64,000 nt of DNA from a virus. The stretch covers positions 32,001-96,000 of the IMG/VR virus record IMGVR_UViG_3300035180_001452. One strand, given 5' to 3'. Position 1 is the first letter of the stretch; each line of letters begins with the position of its first letter. Both the position numbers and the translations under genes were made by a program. Positions 29,003 through 39,846 of the stretch are shown here, piece by piece. Under the pieces are notes generated by a model, which was not told where the DNA came from, ran no database searches, and was given only the letters and a program-made list of their open reading frames with translations.

Positions 29003-30697
29003 TTAAGCCGTTATGTTAACAACGACCTTTACGTACTTAATCTGAAGAGCCGGTCTTAAGAACAGAGTAACTGTAATCTGTCCTAGAAGAGTTTCTACTG
29101 GGTCGGAACTAATAGAGAACTTAAAGCCATTCCCGTCTCCTCCAAGCAGAGCTCCTGCATCAACTAGTCTTTGTAAGGCAGAGCCTAGCTGAGTACGCAT
29201 AGCCGTTCTCGCTTCAATACTGTTAGGCTCTCCAATGAATGGATACATAACAGCCTTAGTCATAACAGCAGCAAGATTAGCGATTCTGAGAACCTGTAGA
29301 GTTCTAAAGTCAGAGGTTCTTGCAGAACAGGTATTATCTGCTACGACAACAGGTCTGTTAACAACATTATTTGTCTTAAATGTTACATAAGCAGCCTGTC
29401 CATAGTCACCTGTAGAATCGTCTCTACCAATACCCTGGTTAAGTAGCTCATGAATGGTCTTTGTAAAGTTACCATTAAGAAGCTTAACTGTACCTAAGGC
29501 CTTATTAGTTGTAGCAGACTGAGAAGGAAGATTTGTTATCATTCCTGCGTATACTGCGGCACCATTTTCAATATAGTACCCAATCTCTTTCTGGGTAAGA
29601 ATTAAATCAGGCCCCGCAACAACACTAATAAATCTACCAATATCTACAGGTGCGGTCTCGTCTGGATCATTATAGTAAAATCCCTGATTCATAAAGTACC
29701 CGAACTTAAGCTGCTTAGAGTTAGCATCATAGTACCCAGACGTAGTGCTTAGTAGAGAAGCCTGTGCATAAGCAGCTAAGTCAGCAGGGCTCTTAAGACC
29801 AGTTGGTCGTAGTCCTATAACACCGTGGCATGGACTAGTTTCCTTGCTTACTGTGTATAGGAACTTAGCAAAGTCCTGTGCTACAGTAGTAGTAGTATTT
29901 CCTTGGACAGCCTCATCATCCGCATAAATACCTACTAATACTGCTACATCAAACTCAGTAGTAGCGAGGGTATCAAACGTACCAAATGGCTGTGTTAGAA
30001 GCGTATAGTATCCGTTCTTGCTAGATGCAAAGTCTTCACCAGCAGCAGAGGTACCGTTTGTTCCAGCTACAGTGCCAGATAGCGCAACTGTACCAGACTT
30101 AATACTACTAGCTGGGCTAGTTACATTAGCTGCAGGTATAGTCATTACGATACTTCTGTTTCTATTATCATTGTTGATAGTAGATACAACATCTCCTAGA
30201 GTTTTAGTTGTATCAAATGCCCAGGAGATAGTACCTCCCTTGCTAGTAGGCTGATTAAGAGTAATTGTACATCCAGTAGCGCCTGTGGTAGCAACAGCAG
30301 TAACCGAGTTATATACTCGACCTGGGTTAGCAGCAATAATATTAATTACAGTCTGCCAAGCTCCAGTAACCTGAGCTGTTTTACCTCCGACTCTAACACA
30401 AATGATATTACCACCACCACCCTGTAAAGCCTCATTTACTGCTTTAGTAAGGTTGTTATCCGCATATGCACCATCTGCGGTTCCCGTCTGGGGATTGATA
30501 TAATCACCAGTATAGGTTAGTGGACCAAAAATGTCCTCAGCGTCCGAAAGATTTCTAATGAATATTGGCGAGTTAACAGGACCATCAAGAGCATTACCAA
30601 TAATCAGTAGCCTTTCAGTAACAGGAATCATAACAGCAGGAACTAGCCCACCATCCCTATAAGTAAAGATAACCCCCGGTAGTTTTTGATTTGCCAT
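29003..30697 (-). CDS. Tail sheath protein
   Basis: N-terminal LPGV, LLIIGNALDGPVN, C-terminal FIGEPN...ITVTLFLRPALQIKYVKVVV typical of contractile sheaths. Confidence 0.88.
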   Translation of the reverse strand: MANQKLPGVIFTYRDGGLVPAVMIPVTERLLIIGNALDGPVNSPIFIRNLSDAEDIFGPLTYTGDYINPQTGTADGAYADNNLTKAVNEALQGGGGNIICVRVGGKTAQVTGAWQTVINIIAANPGRVYNSVTAVATTGATGCTITLNQPTSKGGTISWAFDTTKTLGDVVSTINNDNRNRSIVMTIPAANVTSPASSIKSGTVALSGTVAGTNGTSAAGEDFASSKNGYYTLLTQPFGTFDTLATTEFDVAVLVGIYADDEAVQGNTTTTVAQDFAKFLYTVSKETSPCHGVIGLRPTGLKSPADLAAYAQASLLSTTSGYYDANSKQLKFGYFMNQGFYYNDPDETAPVDIGRFISVVAGPDLILTQKEIGYYIENGAAVYAGMITNLPSQSATTNKALGTVKLLNGNFTKTIHELLNQGIGRDDSTGDYGQAAYVTFKTNNVVNRPVVVADNTCSARTSDFRTLQVLRIANLAAVMTKAVMYPFIGEPNSIEARTAMRTQLGSALQRLVDAGALLGGDGNGFKFSISSDPVETLLGQITVTLFLRPALQIKYVKVVVNITA

Positions 30698-30730
30698 AAC
30701 TATTTCCTCCAGTCAGTTGAAGGTAGTCCT

Positions 30731-31645
30731 TTATGTAGGACTAGTCTTTGTAGCAGGAAACTTGAGTCCTATATCTCTATAGAAGTAAGTCACATAATAC
30801 ACCTCTCCAGGTAGTGGATGTTTTCCTCGTGGCAGCCATTCTATATACGAGGCACCATCCGGTATAGATAGAGTAATCTTAAAATCAACCCCTTCTAAGT
30901 ATTGAGTACCGGAAGATGATATACTACTGTACTCAAGTTTGTACTCTTTGGTAATAGACCATACACTAGATATCCAGTTCTTAGCCAGTCTATCTTTAGT
31001 AAGAACATCGCTTCTAACTACTGACTCGTTCTCAACCATATGGTTTGCTTCTATCCCAAGTTGTGTCCATATGGACTGGATAATTGGTACGGACTTAACG
31101 AATTTCCTCTCAAGAATACATCTAAAGCGTAGAGTTCTTTTGTATATTTCTTGAGATACAGCTCTTTCTAGCTCTTTATCTACTAGCTGCTCATCAAATA
31201 TCCATTCACTTACTCCTAGCTCTCTTAGTATAGGAGTTATGTGAAACATGAGTTCATCGAACTCTTCAGTTAGATCATTAGTAGACTCGTTATCTATATC
31301 ATAAATATCGAACTGATATATTATTGTCATCCACTGAGCGTATTGATCATAAGTTATAGTAGGATCTTCTTCGTCTGGAACAGTTCCTCTTAGCCTAGGC
31401 TTATTGATTTCTAGACCATCTCTACCAGGAACTCTTCTATATATACTCCATACTATAGTAGGCGTACCTACATTTTCTCGTGGGTGGGATTGTGTGAATA
31501 CAACTCCCTTATCTGCCCAGTTAGCTTCTATTAGGTCCCATATAGCTATAGGTAGACTATATGGAGTTAGCGGTAAATGCTTATTAAGGTCAAAGTGCAG
31601 TTCTACATTGGCCGATGAACTTAATATATTGGTTATATTAGGCAT
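30731..31645 (-). CDS. Putative tail terminator/neck protein
   Basis: Position before the sheath; IYQFDIY strand; C-terminal YLEGVDF...PGEVYYVTY beta module. Confidence 0.5.
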   Translation of the reverse strand: MPNITNILSSSANVELHFDLNKHLPLTPYSLPIAIWDLIEANWADKGVVFTQSHPRENVGTPTIVWSIYRRVPGRDGLEINKPRLRGTVPDEEDPTITYDQYAQWMTIIYQFDIYDIDNESTNDLTEEFDELMFHITPILRELGVSEWIFDEQLVDKELERAVSQEIYKRTLRFRCILERKFVKSVPIIQSIWTQLGIEANHMVENESVVRSDVLTKDRLAKNWISSVWSITKEYKLEYSSISSSGTQYLEGVDFKITLSIPDGASYIEWLPRGKHPLPGEVYYVTYFYRDIGLKFPATKTSPT

Positions 31646-33089
31646 TCTCTGGCCTCCTGCTTATTAAGTTCATCTGTATGTATTGAGTTTCGCCATATAC
31701 TATAACATACACAGTTATAATTATATAGTAAGTCCCTATCTCGCATGTATATTGTATATCTCTAACATTGTCTAAATCTTCTAGAGCTTCACCAGTGATA
31801 TCATATACTCTATCAGGCAGTATTCCCTGCTCCCCTATAATGTACTCAAAAGCTGATCCTATTCTATTAGCTATATCTATTTTTACTTTAGTTATTAGAG
31901 GATTCTCTCCATTAGTTGGACAGCTTCTCCATGGAGAAAGATTACTAATAATGTACTTATTAAATACACAGTACTTATTCCCAAGAGAGTGCAGCTGATC
32001 AGTACTCCATATAGGAGATATGTCATATAGAGAAGTACTCTTGTTAGTTGGAGCAGAAGTATTTGCTAGCCATAGCCCAGCAAATACATAGGATAATGGT
32101 ATCCATGCTGGATTAACTGGACTTGCTATATCTGCCCCCCAACCTGGAACATAAAATAGCTTATTACTATTAAACGGTAGCGAGTTTAAGAATGCCTCTA
32201 GGTCTTCAGCAGAAGCACCTCTTAGTGACCATGGAGCGGATGCTATCAAACATGCTGGACCAGCATACTCTCCCTGTGATTCTATAAATCCTAGCGCAGA
32301 ATTAACTACTTCAGAAGGAGGACTACCAGCAATTACTATCATTCCTACGCTATCTAGATCCATGGAGTCTAAAGCGTTACATACACTCCAAGAATTTACT
32401 GTACCATTAGCCCCACCACTAGTAGCATAAGTACCACTAGGAATAGCAGGATTAAATACAGAGTAGGCCATTAGAGGATGCTTATTAGTATAGTGATCTT
32501 TATTAATCTGGTCCACTAAAAGATTAGCTGGCTGATGTATATCATACGATATACCGGAGGGCGGTGCGTAGTCAGAGGTATAGACTATTGTGAGAGTATC
32601 ATTATCAACTATTACAGGGATGTCGTTGTACTTTTCTCCTGAGTACTCTGCTTCTAGCTTTAGCCCCCCAATGATAACATTCGCTTTAGTACCTGGCACT
32701 CTATATAGATAGGGCATATCTGCCCCTTGGTTTAAGACTGTGTGCATTGCCAGTACGATATTGTCATCGTTAGGTACTCTTACATAGCTAAATATATAGC
32801 TACCGCTAGCTCCAGGCTGACCAAACGTAACATAGGTACCAGAGGCTTGCACTCTTAACATGTATAGAGGATCTCTATATATCCTACTACCTACCTTCTT
32901 ATATACATCAATTAGTCCGCCCCATATAGGATATTTTGTAGAGGCTGATGCTTGATCAGACTGAAGAGTATAGTACTCTGTTTGCTTCCAACCAAAAACT
33001 GTTTCTGCGTCATTAGGGGTTTCTGGTAGAAACAGAGTACCATCTGGTCCATCGTCTGCGGTACCAATTATTACGAGAGGAACAAACAT
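31638..33089 (-). CDS. Second, divergent sheath-like protein
   Basis: LVIIGTADDGP...AETVFG, Y.GEKYN and C-terminal IIGE...ITVYVIVYGE parallel the sheath. Confidence 0.65.
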   Translation of the reverse strand: MFVPLVIIGTADDGPDGTLFLPETPNDAETVFGWKQTEYYTLQSDQASASTKYPIWGGLIDVYKKVGSRIYRDPLYMLRVQASGTYVTFGQPGASGSYIFSYVRVPNDDNIVLAMHTVLNQGADMPYLYRVPGTKANVIIGGLKLEAEYSGEKYNDIPVIVDNDTLTIVYTSDYAPPSGISYDIHQPANLLVDQINKDHYTNKHPLMAYSVFNPAIPSGTYATSGGANGTVNSWSVCNALDSMDLDSVGMIVIAGSPPSEVVNSALGFIESQGEYAGPACLIASAPWSLRGASAEDLEAFLNSLPFNSNKLFYVPGWGADIASPVNPAWIPLSYVFAGLWLANTSAPTNKSTSLYDISPIWSTDQLHSLGNKYCVFNKYIISNLSPWRSCPTNGENPLITKVKIDIANRIGSAFEYIIGEQGILPDRVYDITGEALEDLDNVRDIQYTCEIGTYYIIITVYVIVYGETQYIQMNLISRRPENA

Positions 33090-33118
33090 TATTTAACTTC
33101 TCTCTTTAGCGGTATATT

Positions 33119-33703
33119 CTATATAACCTTTTTAGAAACCCAAACGTCACCAAGGTCTTTAAGCCATTTCTCTTGATCGCCTATTGTAAAGTTATAGGTA
33201 TCGCAGCCACAACCAAAGAACGTAACTTCATCTTCTCTAAATGCTATTGGCTCATCTATCTGGAATGCGTTAACTATGGATATTGGCTTTCCATATAGCT
33301 CTACATCTCTCCAGTCTACATCCCACTCTACTTCTAGATAAAGATCCTTGCTTTTTGGGTAGTAGTATCTAGGGGTATATATAATAGTTTTGAACTTAGC
33401 TAGATAGCCGAACTCTTCCATAGGAGATTGTGCATCTGATGCTCTTACTACTCTTCTAACTGCATGCTTTTCATACTGTACTTTGTATCCCATACCGAAG
33501 GTAGCTGGGTCATCAGTATCAGGAGACATGCTATGAGGATCATACGAAGTAGAGCTAGGGTATCTAGGGTCCCTTCTTACATAGACCATCCAGTTTGGTC
33601 TTTTATCAATAAACTTATTAAACCCTGTGCGTAATGAAGTAGAGTCGTTTAGATTAAAAATATTATTCTTAGTATAGGAGGTTAGATTGAATATATCGCT
33701 CAT
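33119..33703 (-). CDS. Putative head closure/neck protein
   Basis: Synteny only; degenerate DPATFGMGY knuckle. Confidence 0.45.
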   Translation of the reverse strand: MSDIFNLTSYTKNNIFNLNDSTSLRTGFNKFIDKRPNWMVYVRRDPRYPSSTSYDPHSMSPDTDDPATFGMGYKVQYEKHAVRRVVRASDAQSPMEEFGYLAKFKTIIYTPRYYYPKSKDLYLEVEWDVDWRDVELYGKPISIVNAFQIDEPIAFREDEVTFFGCGCDTYNFTIGDQEKWLKDLGDVWVSKKVI

Positions 33704-35262
33704 TAAATATTATCCCTCCTAAAGGAGTTCCAAGAGTAGTCAGTTGACTTCTGCCAGACCGGCCATCTCTCAGACTTTCTAGTAGAACGAACTCTAGCTC
33801 TATGCCTGGAGAATTCAGATATCCACTGTAGAGCCATTTGTTTCTGTCTTTTTATTTCATCCTCAAGGCTTCTTAGCAGATTAACACCATGCTGCTCTTG
33901 GTAGTCTCCCAGCCTTTTCATGCTATCAGCAGTATCGAGTAGTTCGTAGTACTTCATAGTAAGAAGTCTGACAGCCGTCTCACACTCGACCCATCGCTCC
34001 ATAGCATAGCTTAGTAGGAAGGTTTGAGCTCTTACTTGTTCTTCAGTAGGTCCCCCAATCAGTGGGTTATAGTAAAGAATCCAATGTCTATTAACATCCA
34101 GGGATACTCTAAATATTTGGAAGTTTAGAATATCGTCCGGTATACCAATTAGAAACTGTCCAAAGTTAGCTCTTAGTACATTAGACCCCATATATAGTGG
34201 AGAGTATCTGGAAGTAAAGTATCTTGTTACAGTTTCTTGTAAGTAATTACCTGAGTAATCACCAACACCTGTAGTTATATATAAGGTATATCTGCTATTT
34301 ACAATAATAGGATCTTCAGGGTATATGTATAAAGTTCTTCCAGTAACCGAAAGGTTCAGAGTTACTCTAAACTTATCTGAAGTAGGCCAACCGTCAACTG
34401 ATTCTCTGGTCATATAGACTGTATCTGGCGTAACAGTACTTGGATCTATATCCCCGGAGAGTATGAACACCATAGACGGGAAGTCTAGTTGGTTACTTAA
34501 ACCATTTTCAAACCCAGAAGTAGCGTCTACTTGAAACGTAACAGCATCTGGATATGTCTGTCTAGTAGAAGGACTGGGTTGAAGGAACGTTCCATAGTAC
34601 CATACGAATGGGTCAGACCACTGCCCAACAGAACTACCAGCACTAGTTATAAACTCGCCACGAACTCTCCAGAAATAATGCTTACTAGGAGTTAGTGATA
34701 CGCCAGGCATTGCACTACTATCTGTAGTTAAAGTAGACCACCCATTAGAAGCTACAGATTTAAAGGCTATTGTATCATCTAGCTCTACTCTATAGAAGAT
34801 AGTCCCGGTAGAACCGCTTGTTGATACAGATATTGGATTCCATATAAAAGGACCAACACTAGAGGTAGAAGTAAAATTAGCAGGCTCAAGTAGTTCAACT
34901 TGTGGAACGTCAGTTTGAGATACTGTAAATACAAAGCTTCTATTAGCTGAAGCTTCTCTTCCTTCTACAGATTGTATGGTCTTGAGAACTGTAACTTGAT
35001 AGGTGCTGCCTGGATTTAGATCTTGTGCGGGCTCGAACTCAAGTATTTTTTGAGAGTAGTTTATAAACTTTACGCCTATAGTACTATCAGACGATTCTTC
35101 AACAAGTATTATCTGTTGGTTTAGCTTTTCATCGGAGTTTATCAGATCTACTAGAAGCTCTATATTAAACCTAATAATTATACTAGGTCTTACACTAACA
35201 AATGGTGTAAGTATATTAGGTTCAAAGCTTATAGGAGATGGGAAGAAATCGTTTAGTCTCAC
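33703..35262 (-). CDS. Virion protein with Ig-like/FnIII domains and probable C-terminal head-tail adaptor
   Basis: FEPAQDLNPGSTYQVTV, YFWRVRG...GQWS, IYPEDPIIVNSRYTLYI; follows the capsid gene. Confidence 0.7.
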   Translation of the reverse strand: MRLNDFFPSPISFEPNILTPFVSVRPSIIIRFNIELLVDLINSDEKLNQQIILVEESSDSTIGVKFINYSQKILEFEPAQDLNPGSTYQVTVLKTIQSVEGREASANRSFVFTVSQTDVPQVELLEPANFTSTSSVGPFIWNPISVSTSGSTGTIFYRVELDDTIAFKSVASNGWSTLTTDSSAMPGVSLTPSKHYFWRVRGEFITSAGSSVGQWSDPFVWYYGTFLQPSPSTRQTYPDAVTFQVDATSGFENGLSNQLDFPSMVFILSGDIDPSTVTPDTVYMTRESVDGWPTSDKFRVTLNLSVTGRTLYIYPEDPIIVNSRYTLYITTGVGDYSGNYLQETVTRYFTSRYSPLYMGSNVLRANFGQFLIGIPDDILNFQIFRVSLDVNRHWILYYNPLIGGPTEEQVRAQTFLLSYAMERWVECETAVRLLTMKYYELLDTADSMKRLGDYQEQHGVNLLRSLEDEIKRQKQMALQWISEFSRHRARVRSTRKSERWPVWQKSTDYSWNSFRRDNI

Positions 35263-35290
35263 GGTATACTCCGAGTACTCCGATAGTATG

Positions 35291-35320
35291 TAGGGGGCCT
35301 ACTGGCCCGTAGGCCCCCTA
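35291..35320 (-). terminator. 12-bp hairpin after major capsid gene (terminator or stabiliser)
   Basis: TAGGGGGCCTAC-TGGCCC-GTAGGCCCCCTA; no clear U-tract. Confidence 0.55.
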
Positions 35321-35327
35321 TAAGGAC

Positions 35328-36482
35328 TTAGGAAGGCGTTACATTAAGGTATGTATTAATTGGCGACCAGTTCTGCTCAAGTCTCACATTAGAGATAACA
35401 GCAGCGGATCGCCCGCCATTAAGCGTACCAACCCCATACCTCTCGCGAACCTTTAGATTAAGGATATCTCTGCGAGGATCCTTAAACTCTTCGGTCTCCA
35501 TGGGGTCCCTCTGAAGGATAAGTACGCTATGATTCCTATCCACAATATAGATGTCAGTAATATTAGTTGCAGGAAGTGACGATGCAGGACCAGTAGTAAA
35601 GGTTCCGTTTAGTGTAAATGGAACGAATGGTGATACCTGATAGGCAACGTTCCAAGGAACATTAACTGTCTGATCAAAGTCAGGCTTGCTAGTCCAGACG
35701 GACTGGCCAATCTGACCCTGCGTGTACATAATATTACGTAGGATAGGATCCTTAGCAAATACCGCCCAAGCTAGCGGGTGCATGATAATATCCGTTGGGA
35801 TATATTCATGAGAAACTAGAGCGCCCATAGCATCGATGAAATCATCAAACGTTGCGCTGAAGTTTCTTGCCTGGGAGTAAGACTTGCCATTAGTCCACAT
35901 AGTAGAATCGGTAGAGCTGTTGTCAAATACCTTGTGCCCATGTGCCTGGAACTCAAGGAAGATCTTCTCTTCCTTTCGTCTCATCATAGCAAAGCCAGCA
36001 GCTTCGACATATAGCGCTAGAAGATCCCACATAGAATCCTTAATAAGATCCTCTGAGAGTGAGATCATGGTACCAACCTTGTTGACCTTGATCTCAGTCA
36101 GATGCTCGGTGAAGGCAGGTAGCTGCTCTCTGTATTCACCTACATCTGTCATATCGAAGGCCCTGATAGCGCCCATTACTGGAAACTCAATAGACCTTAC
36201 GTTATCGACCTGAATAGTTCTGGCAAGTAGTGCCTGGCCAATCATAAGCGGCTCTTTTGGCCTAAGCAGTACGTCAGAAATAACCTTTGGGAATAGAATA
36301 GAAACGTCAGCTGCTCTTAAAGCCTCTTCCATAGGAATACGAGGACCTCGATAAGAGCCGTCCGTCTTCATCATATTTTCTAAAACTTCTACATTTTTAG
36401 CAAACTCTACCGGGTTGAAGTCACTAGCGGTGCCGGGCTTCTTGGTATGTTGCTCTAGAATTTCAGCAAATTTAAGGGACAT
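35328..36482 (-). CDS. Major capsid protein (HK97-like)
   Basis: 384 aa. KVGTMISLSEDLIKDS, PTDIIMHPLAW, LKVRERYGVG; downstream of protease and decoration genes. Confidence 0.88.
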   Translation of the reverse strand: MSLKFAEILEQHTKKPGTASDFNPVEFAKNVEVLENMMKTDGSYRGPRIPMEEALRAADVSILFPKVISDVLLRPKEPLMIGQALLARTIQVDNVRSIEFPVMGAIRAFDMTDVGEYREQLPAFTEHLTEIKVNKVGTMISLSEDLIKDSMWDLLALYVEAAGFAMMRRKEEKIFLEFQAHGHKVFDNSSTDSTMWTNGKSYSQARNFSATFDDFIDAMGALVSHEYIPTDIIMHPLAWAVFAKDPILRNIMYTQGQIGQSVWTSKPDFDQTVNVPWNVAYQVSPFVPFTLNGTFTTGPASSLPATNITDIYIVDRNHSVLILQRDPMETEEFKDPRRDILNLKVRERYGVGTLNGGRSAAVISNVRLEQNWSPINTYLNVTPS

Positions 36483-36557
36483 AGAAGAATCTCCTTATCT
36501 GTTAACCAAATCAGATTGGGGAGGGGAGGGTTAATCCACTCCCCTCTCTAGTTGGTA

Positions 36558-37814
36558 TTAGTAGATAATACACCGTAGAGATCCGACAACACCGGCAACC
36601 TCTAGGTTTGCAGGGGTTCCAGGAACTCCAGAGTATCGACCATCGGTAAGACCAATGATACCAGCGTTAAACAGACGACCATCCCTATACGAAGTTTCGT
36701 AGCTGTAGCTTACAGTTACAGAGTTTACAGTTACGTTGCTAGCAAAGTATAGATCGCCAGTTACCGGGTTGACATTGTAGTACTGACCCATGGTATAGTC
36801 TACAAATGGCATGTCAGCAGTAGAGAGCGGAGTGCTTGTAAGTGTTGTTACTGTTCCGTCTGGAGCAACTAGAGTACCGGTTACGGTTACAACGATAGAC
36901 TTCCATGGTGCGATTGGCTTGTTAGCTAGTCTATACCAGGACCCTGAGGTTATAGTAGCGGGAGTCTCATTAGTTACATCCGTAGTAGGAACTCTTAGTA
37001 GCTGCGGAGGATATTCCCAAGCAAGGAAGTTATCAGTCACCCACTCTAGCCAGCCACTTAGATGATGTGCTGCAGAGATAGGCTCTACTCTAACTACTTC
37101 TCCTGCGATCTGGTCAGCCGACTGCCCAAACTCGTATACAAGTGCGGTAGCTGATCCAGGAATGGTAGCAACCCAACACCCGAAGGTAGGATTCCATGCT
37201 ACCGATACAGTACTACCATCAACAAGAGTTGTACCATTCCAAGCTACAATAACTCTTGGAGTAAATGCAGGAAGGTTAGCTGCTGATAGCTGTACCGTAG
37301 CCGAAGCTGAAGAAGTCTTTAGATATAGCTTCTTCTCCATCCACTTTACAATCTTACCTTTGTCATTAGGAACCGCAGTAGTGCTAGTAGCAGAGCCATA
37401 GTAGGCAGTAATTTTATCACCACCAGCAGGTACACCATATGCGCCATTAACTGAAGCGACATAAGGTACCTCAATAAATTCCTCTCTGCTCATAGAAGGC
37501 ATCCACTGAACCTTCTCTTCCCACTGCCGGAAGATATTAGTTTCAGTATAGCCTGCAGGCTTGTTACTCACACCATCAGCAATGGTGAGTACAGCCTGCC
37601 CGGTATAAGAGGTTGTATCTGGCCTCACAGCAAGAATTCTACCACGAGGAATTACAATCTGATCGCTTGAAGGATATCGAGGATCGGTTCCTAGTGGAAC
37701 AAGATTAGGATCAACCACCCAGGATTCTGCAGGGGAGTTCATGCCGGAGATTTTAACACCCGGAGTCCAAACTCTACCAGCAAAGGGCTGAGAACCTATT
37801 AATTGTCCTGCCAT
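36558..37814 (-). CDS. Putative head decoration/minor capsid protein
   Basis: IVIPRGRILA; beta- and Thr-rich; between protease and capsid; SD AAGGAG. Confidence 0.6.
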   Translation of the reverse strand: MAGQLIGSQPFAGRVWTPGVKISGMNSPAESWVVDPNLVPLGTDPRYPSSDQIVIPRGRILAVRPDTTSYTGQAVLTIADGVSNKPAGYTETNIFRQWEEKVQWMPSMSREEFIEVPYVASVNGAYGVPAGGDKITAYYGSATSTTAVPNDKGKIVKWMEKKLYLKTSSASATVQLSAANLPAFTPRVIVAWNGTTLVDGSTVSVAWNPTFGCWVATIPGSATALVYEFGQSADQIAGEVVRVEPISAAHHLSGWLEWVTDNFLAWEYPPQLLRVPTTDVTNETPATITSGSWYRLANKPIAPWKSIVVTVTGTLVAPDGTVTTLTSTPLSTADMPFVDYTMGQYYNVNPVTGDLYFASNVTVNSVTVSYSYETSYRDGRLFNAGIIGLTDGRYSGVPGTPANLEVAGVVGSLRCIIY

Positions 37815-37843
37815 AGTTATTTCTCCTTATTATTCGGCTAGTC

Positions 37844-39508
37844 CTAGATATTGCTAGAGGACTGCATTTCCTTAAGTCTTTTTTCTAGTTTCTTTGGATC
37901 TAGTCCAAAGTGTACATAGACAGAATCTTCTTCTACCTCAGTCACTTCTCCTACCTTACCCAACTGCTTAGGAGCTACTTCCGTTTCATCGGTTTTGATT
38001 ACCGGACTCTTTACCTTTTCTATGGCCTCGATGCTAACTGGAGCACTTCCATTGAACTCTAATAGCAGGTCAGATAGAGAGTCTTCTAAGGATTGTGTAG
38101 TCCTCTTAGAGAAATCTTTTATACAATCGTCTAAGGACCTTTCTCGAATAGCTGGTTTATTAAGTACCTTAGATAGGATAGCAACCTCACTAGCTAGTCT
38201 TAGGTGAGCCTGTACTCCTACCTCCATACATTTTTCATTTAGAGCCTCTATCTGCTCATCTAGTTTATGATCTTCTTTATGAGCAGCTTTAGCTAGCTTC
38301 TTATTCTTCTTTCTGGCCTTATCCATACTGGTAGAGAGCTCCATAGTATGCTGCTCTAAAGCTTCAATCAGAGCATAGAGCACTGGATAAGTTGACTCGT
38401 CTAGTGGAACGCGTACCGGCTGCCTGGTACTATTCTTTTCGAGAGTCTCTATAATATGATCGGCTTTCTTAAGGCTCTCGGGTACATCGACCTTTTCTTC
38501 CTTACAGTAGCCAATCAAACTAGCATACAACCTATTCTTATAGTCCTGTGGAATATTAGAAGACTCTACAGTCGCATAAATAGGCTTAACGCTATTCTTA
38601 CTTAGAGTAAGTAGAGGATATTCTACGTTCTTCTTTTCATCCTTAAAAACTATAAGACATGACTTCTGTGTAACTTTAGGTTCTTCTGTAGTAGTTACTT
38701 TGGTTTCAGGTACCTTAGTCTCAACTACAGGCTCTGTGTTAGTAGCTTGCGTATTTTTCACTGGAATACTCCACATTCTCTTGAGATTGTTAAAATCGGA
38801 TGCGTGCTCCTTAAGAATGATCTCACCCTTATTACTACTCTCCCCACCTAAGATTTTAATATCTTCTACTTGAACCTGTTTATTAATTACTCTTGCATCA
38901 GTATCACTAGGTACTATCACGAAAGACACCTCATGAAATCTCACAGGACCTACTATATAGTAACATTCCTTAAGTCTTCCATCTATAAAGTAGGTCTGAC
39001 CTTTAACATGGTCACATCCGTCTTCTAAATAAGGGCTACCATTACAGATAGAGCAGGTAACACTTTCCGTTTCAACCCCAATAGAAACCGTTAAGAATCG
39101 TTCAGTAAGAATCATTTCGATAGCAGTAGGATCTGTAATAGCCGGTATTACTGAAACATATCCACCACTACCATTACTTCCTGGAACAAATTTAGCATAT
39201 TTCGCCCTACCATAAACAGGGCTGCTCTCACTCCCTAATAATCCAGTAGCTGTTGCATGATCCTGTATTATTGGAATAGGATAGGGGTATAGTATTGAAT
39301 AGACTCCAGTACCCTCAGCTTCATTACCTATTAAGCTTTCTGATGGATAGAAGGTTTTATTCCTTGTTACTTTATCAGCAGTAATAGCTCTTATCTCAGG
39401 ATAAAGGACGCTTGGTATATCCCCGCCAAATGCCTCCATAACACGCTTTTCTAGAGTATCCTTACCAGGGCTAAGTACAACGGATTCTACTAGTCTAATT
39501 CTTCCCAT
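37844..39508 (-). CDS. Prohead protease with C-terminal scaffold-like region
   Basis: IIQDH, FLTVSIG, CSIC...CDH, HEVSFVIVPSD; coiled-coil C-terminus. Confidence 0.82.
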   Translation of the reverse strand: MGRIRLVESVVLSPGKDTLEKRVMEAFGGDIPSVLYPEIRAITADKVTRNKTFYPSESLIGNEAEGTGVYSILYPYPIPIIQDHATATGLLGSESSPVYGRAKYAKFVPGSNGSGGYVSVIPAITDPTAIEMILTERFLTVSIGVETESVTCSICNGSPYLEDGCDHVKGQTYFIDGRLKECYYIVGPVRFHEVSFVIVPSDTDARVINKQVQVEDIKILGGESSNKGEIILKEHASDFNNLKRMWSIPVKNTQATNTEPVVETKVPETKVTTTEEPKVTQKSCLIVFKDEKKNVEYPLLTLSKNSVKPIYATVESSNIPQDYKNRLYASLIGYCKEEKVDVPESLKKADHIIETLEKNSTRQPVRVPLDESTYPVLYALIEALEQHTMELSTSMDKARKKNKKLAKAAHKEDHKLDEQIEALNEKCMEVGVQAHLRLASEVAILSKVLNKPAIRERSLDDCIKDFSKRTTQSLEDSLSDLLLEFNGSAPVSIEAIEKVKSPVIKTDETEVAPKQLGKVGEVTEVEEDSVYVHFGLDPKKLEKRLKEMQSSSNI

Positions 39509-39510
39509 AG

Positions 39511-39846
39511 TTAGCTCCCTATTTCTTTTTGATCAGCTAACTTATTTTCTCTTAGCTTCTCTTCTGCTTCTCTAATCCTAGCAGTCAGTCTTTCATTAAT
39601 CATTTCCAGCTTTAGATTCTTTCTCCTTTCTTCTAGAAGCTCATTGTATAGCTGCACTTTTTCTATTCTGCTTGATCTGACTTCAGCCCACAGTTCTTCA
39701 GTAAGTTTTGCTCGGTCGTCTATTTCTCTTATTTCGACAGTGGCGTCATCACTTTTCTGTCTGTCTTTTTTACTAATCCAATGGCCCAGGAGGAAGACTA
39801 GTAGTCCGCTTATTACTGACGCTAGAAATGGTAGATACTCCTTCAT
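39511..39846 (-). CDS. Membrane-anchored coiled-coil protein (holin-like candidate)
   Basis: One N-terminal TM segment followed by a charged coiled coil. Confidence 0.5.
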   Translation of the reverse strand: MKEYLPFLASVISGLLVFLLGHWISKKDRQKSDDATVEIREIDDRAKLTEELWAEVRSSRIEKVQLYNELLEERRKNLKLEMINERLTARIREAEEKLRENKLADQKEIGS

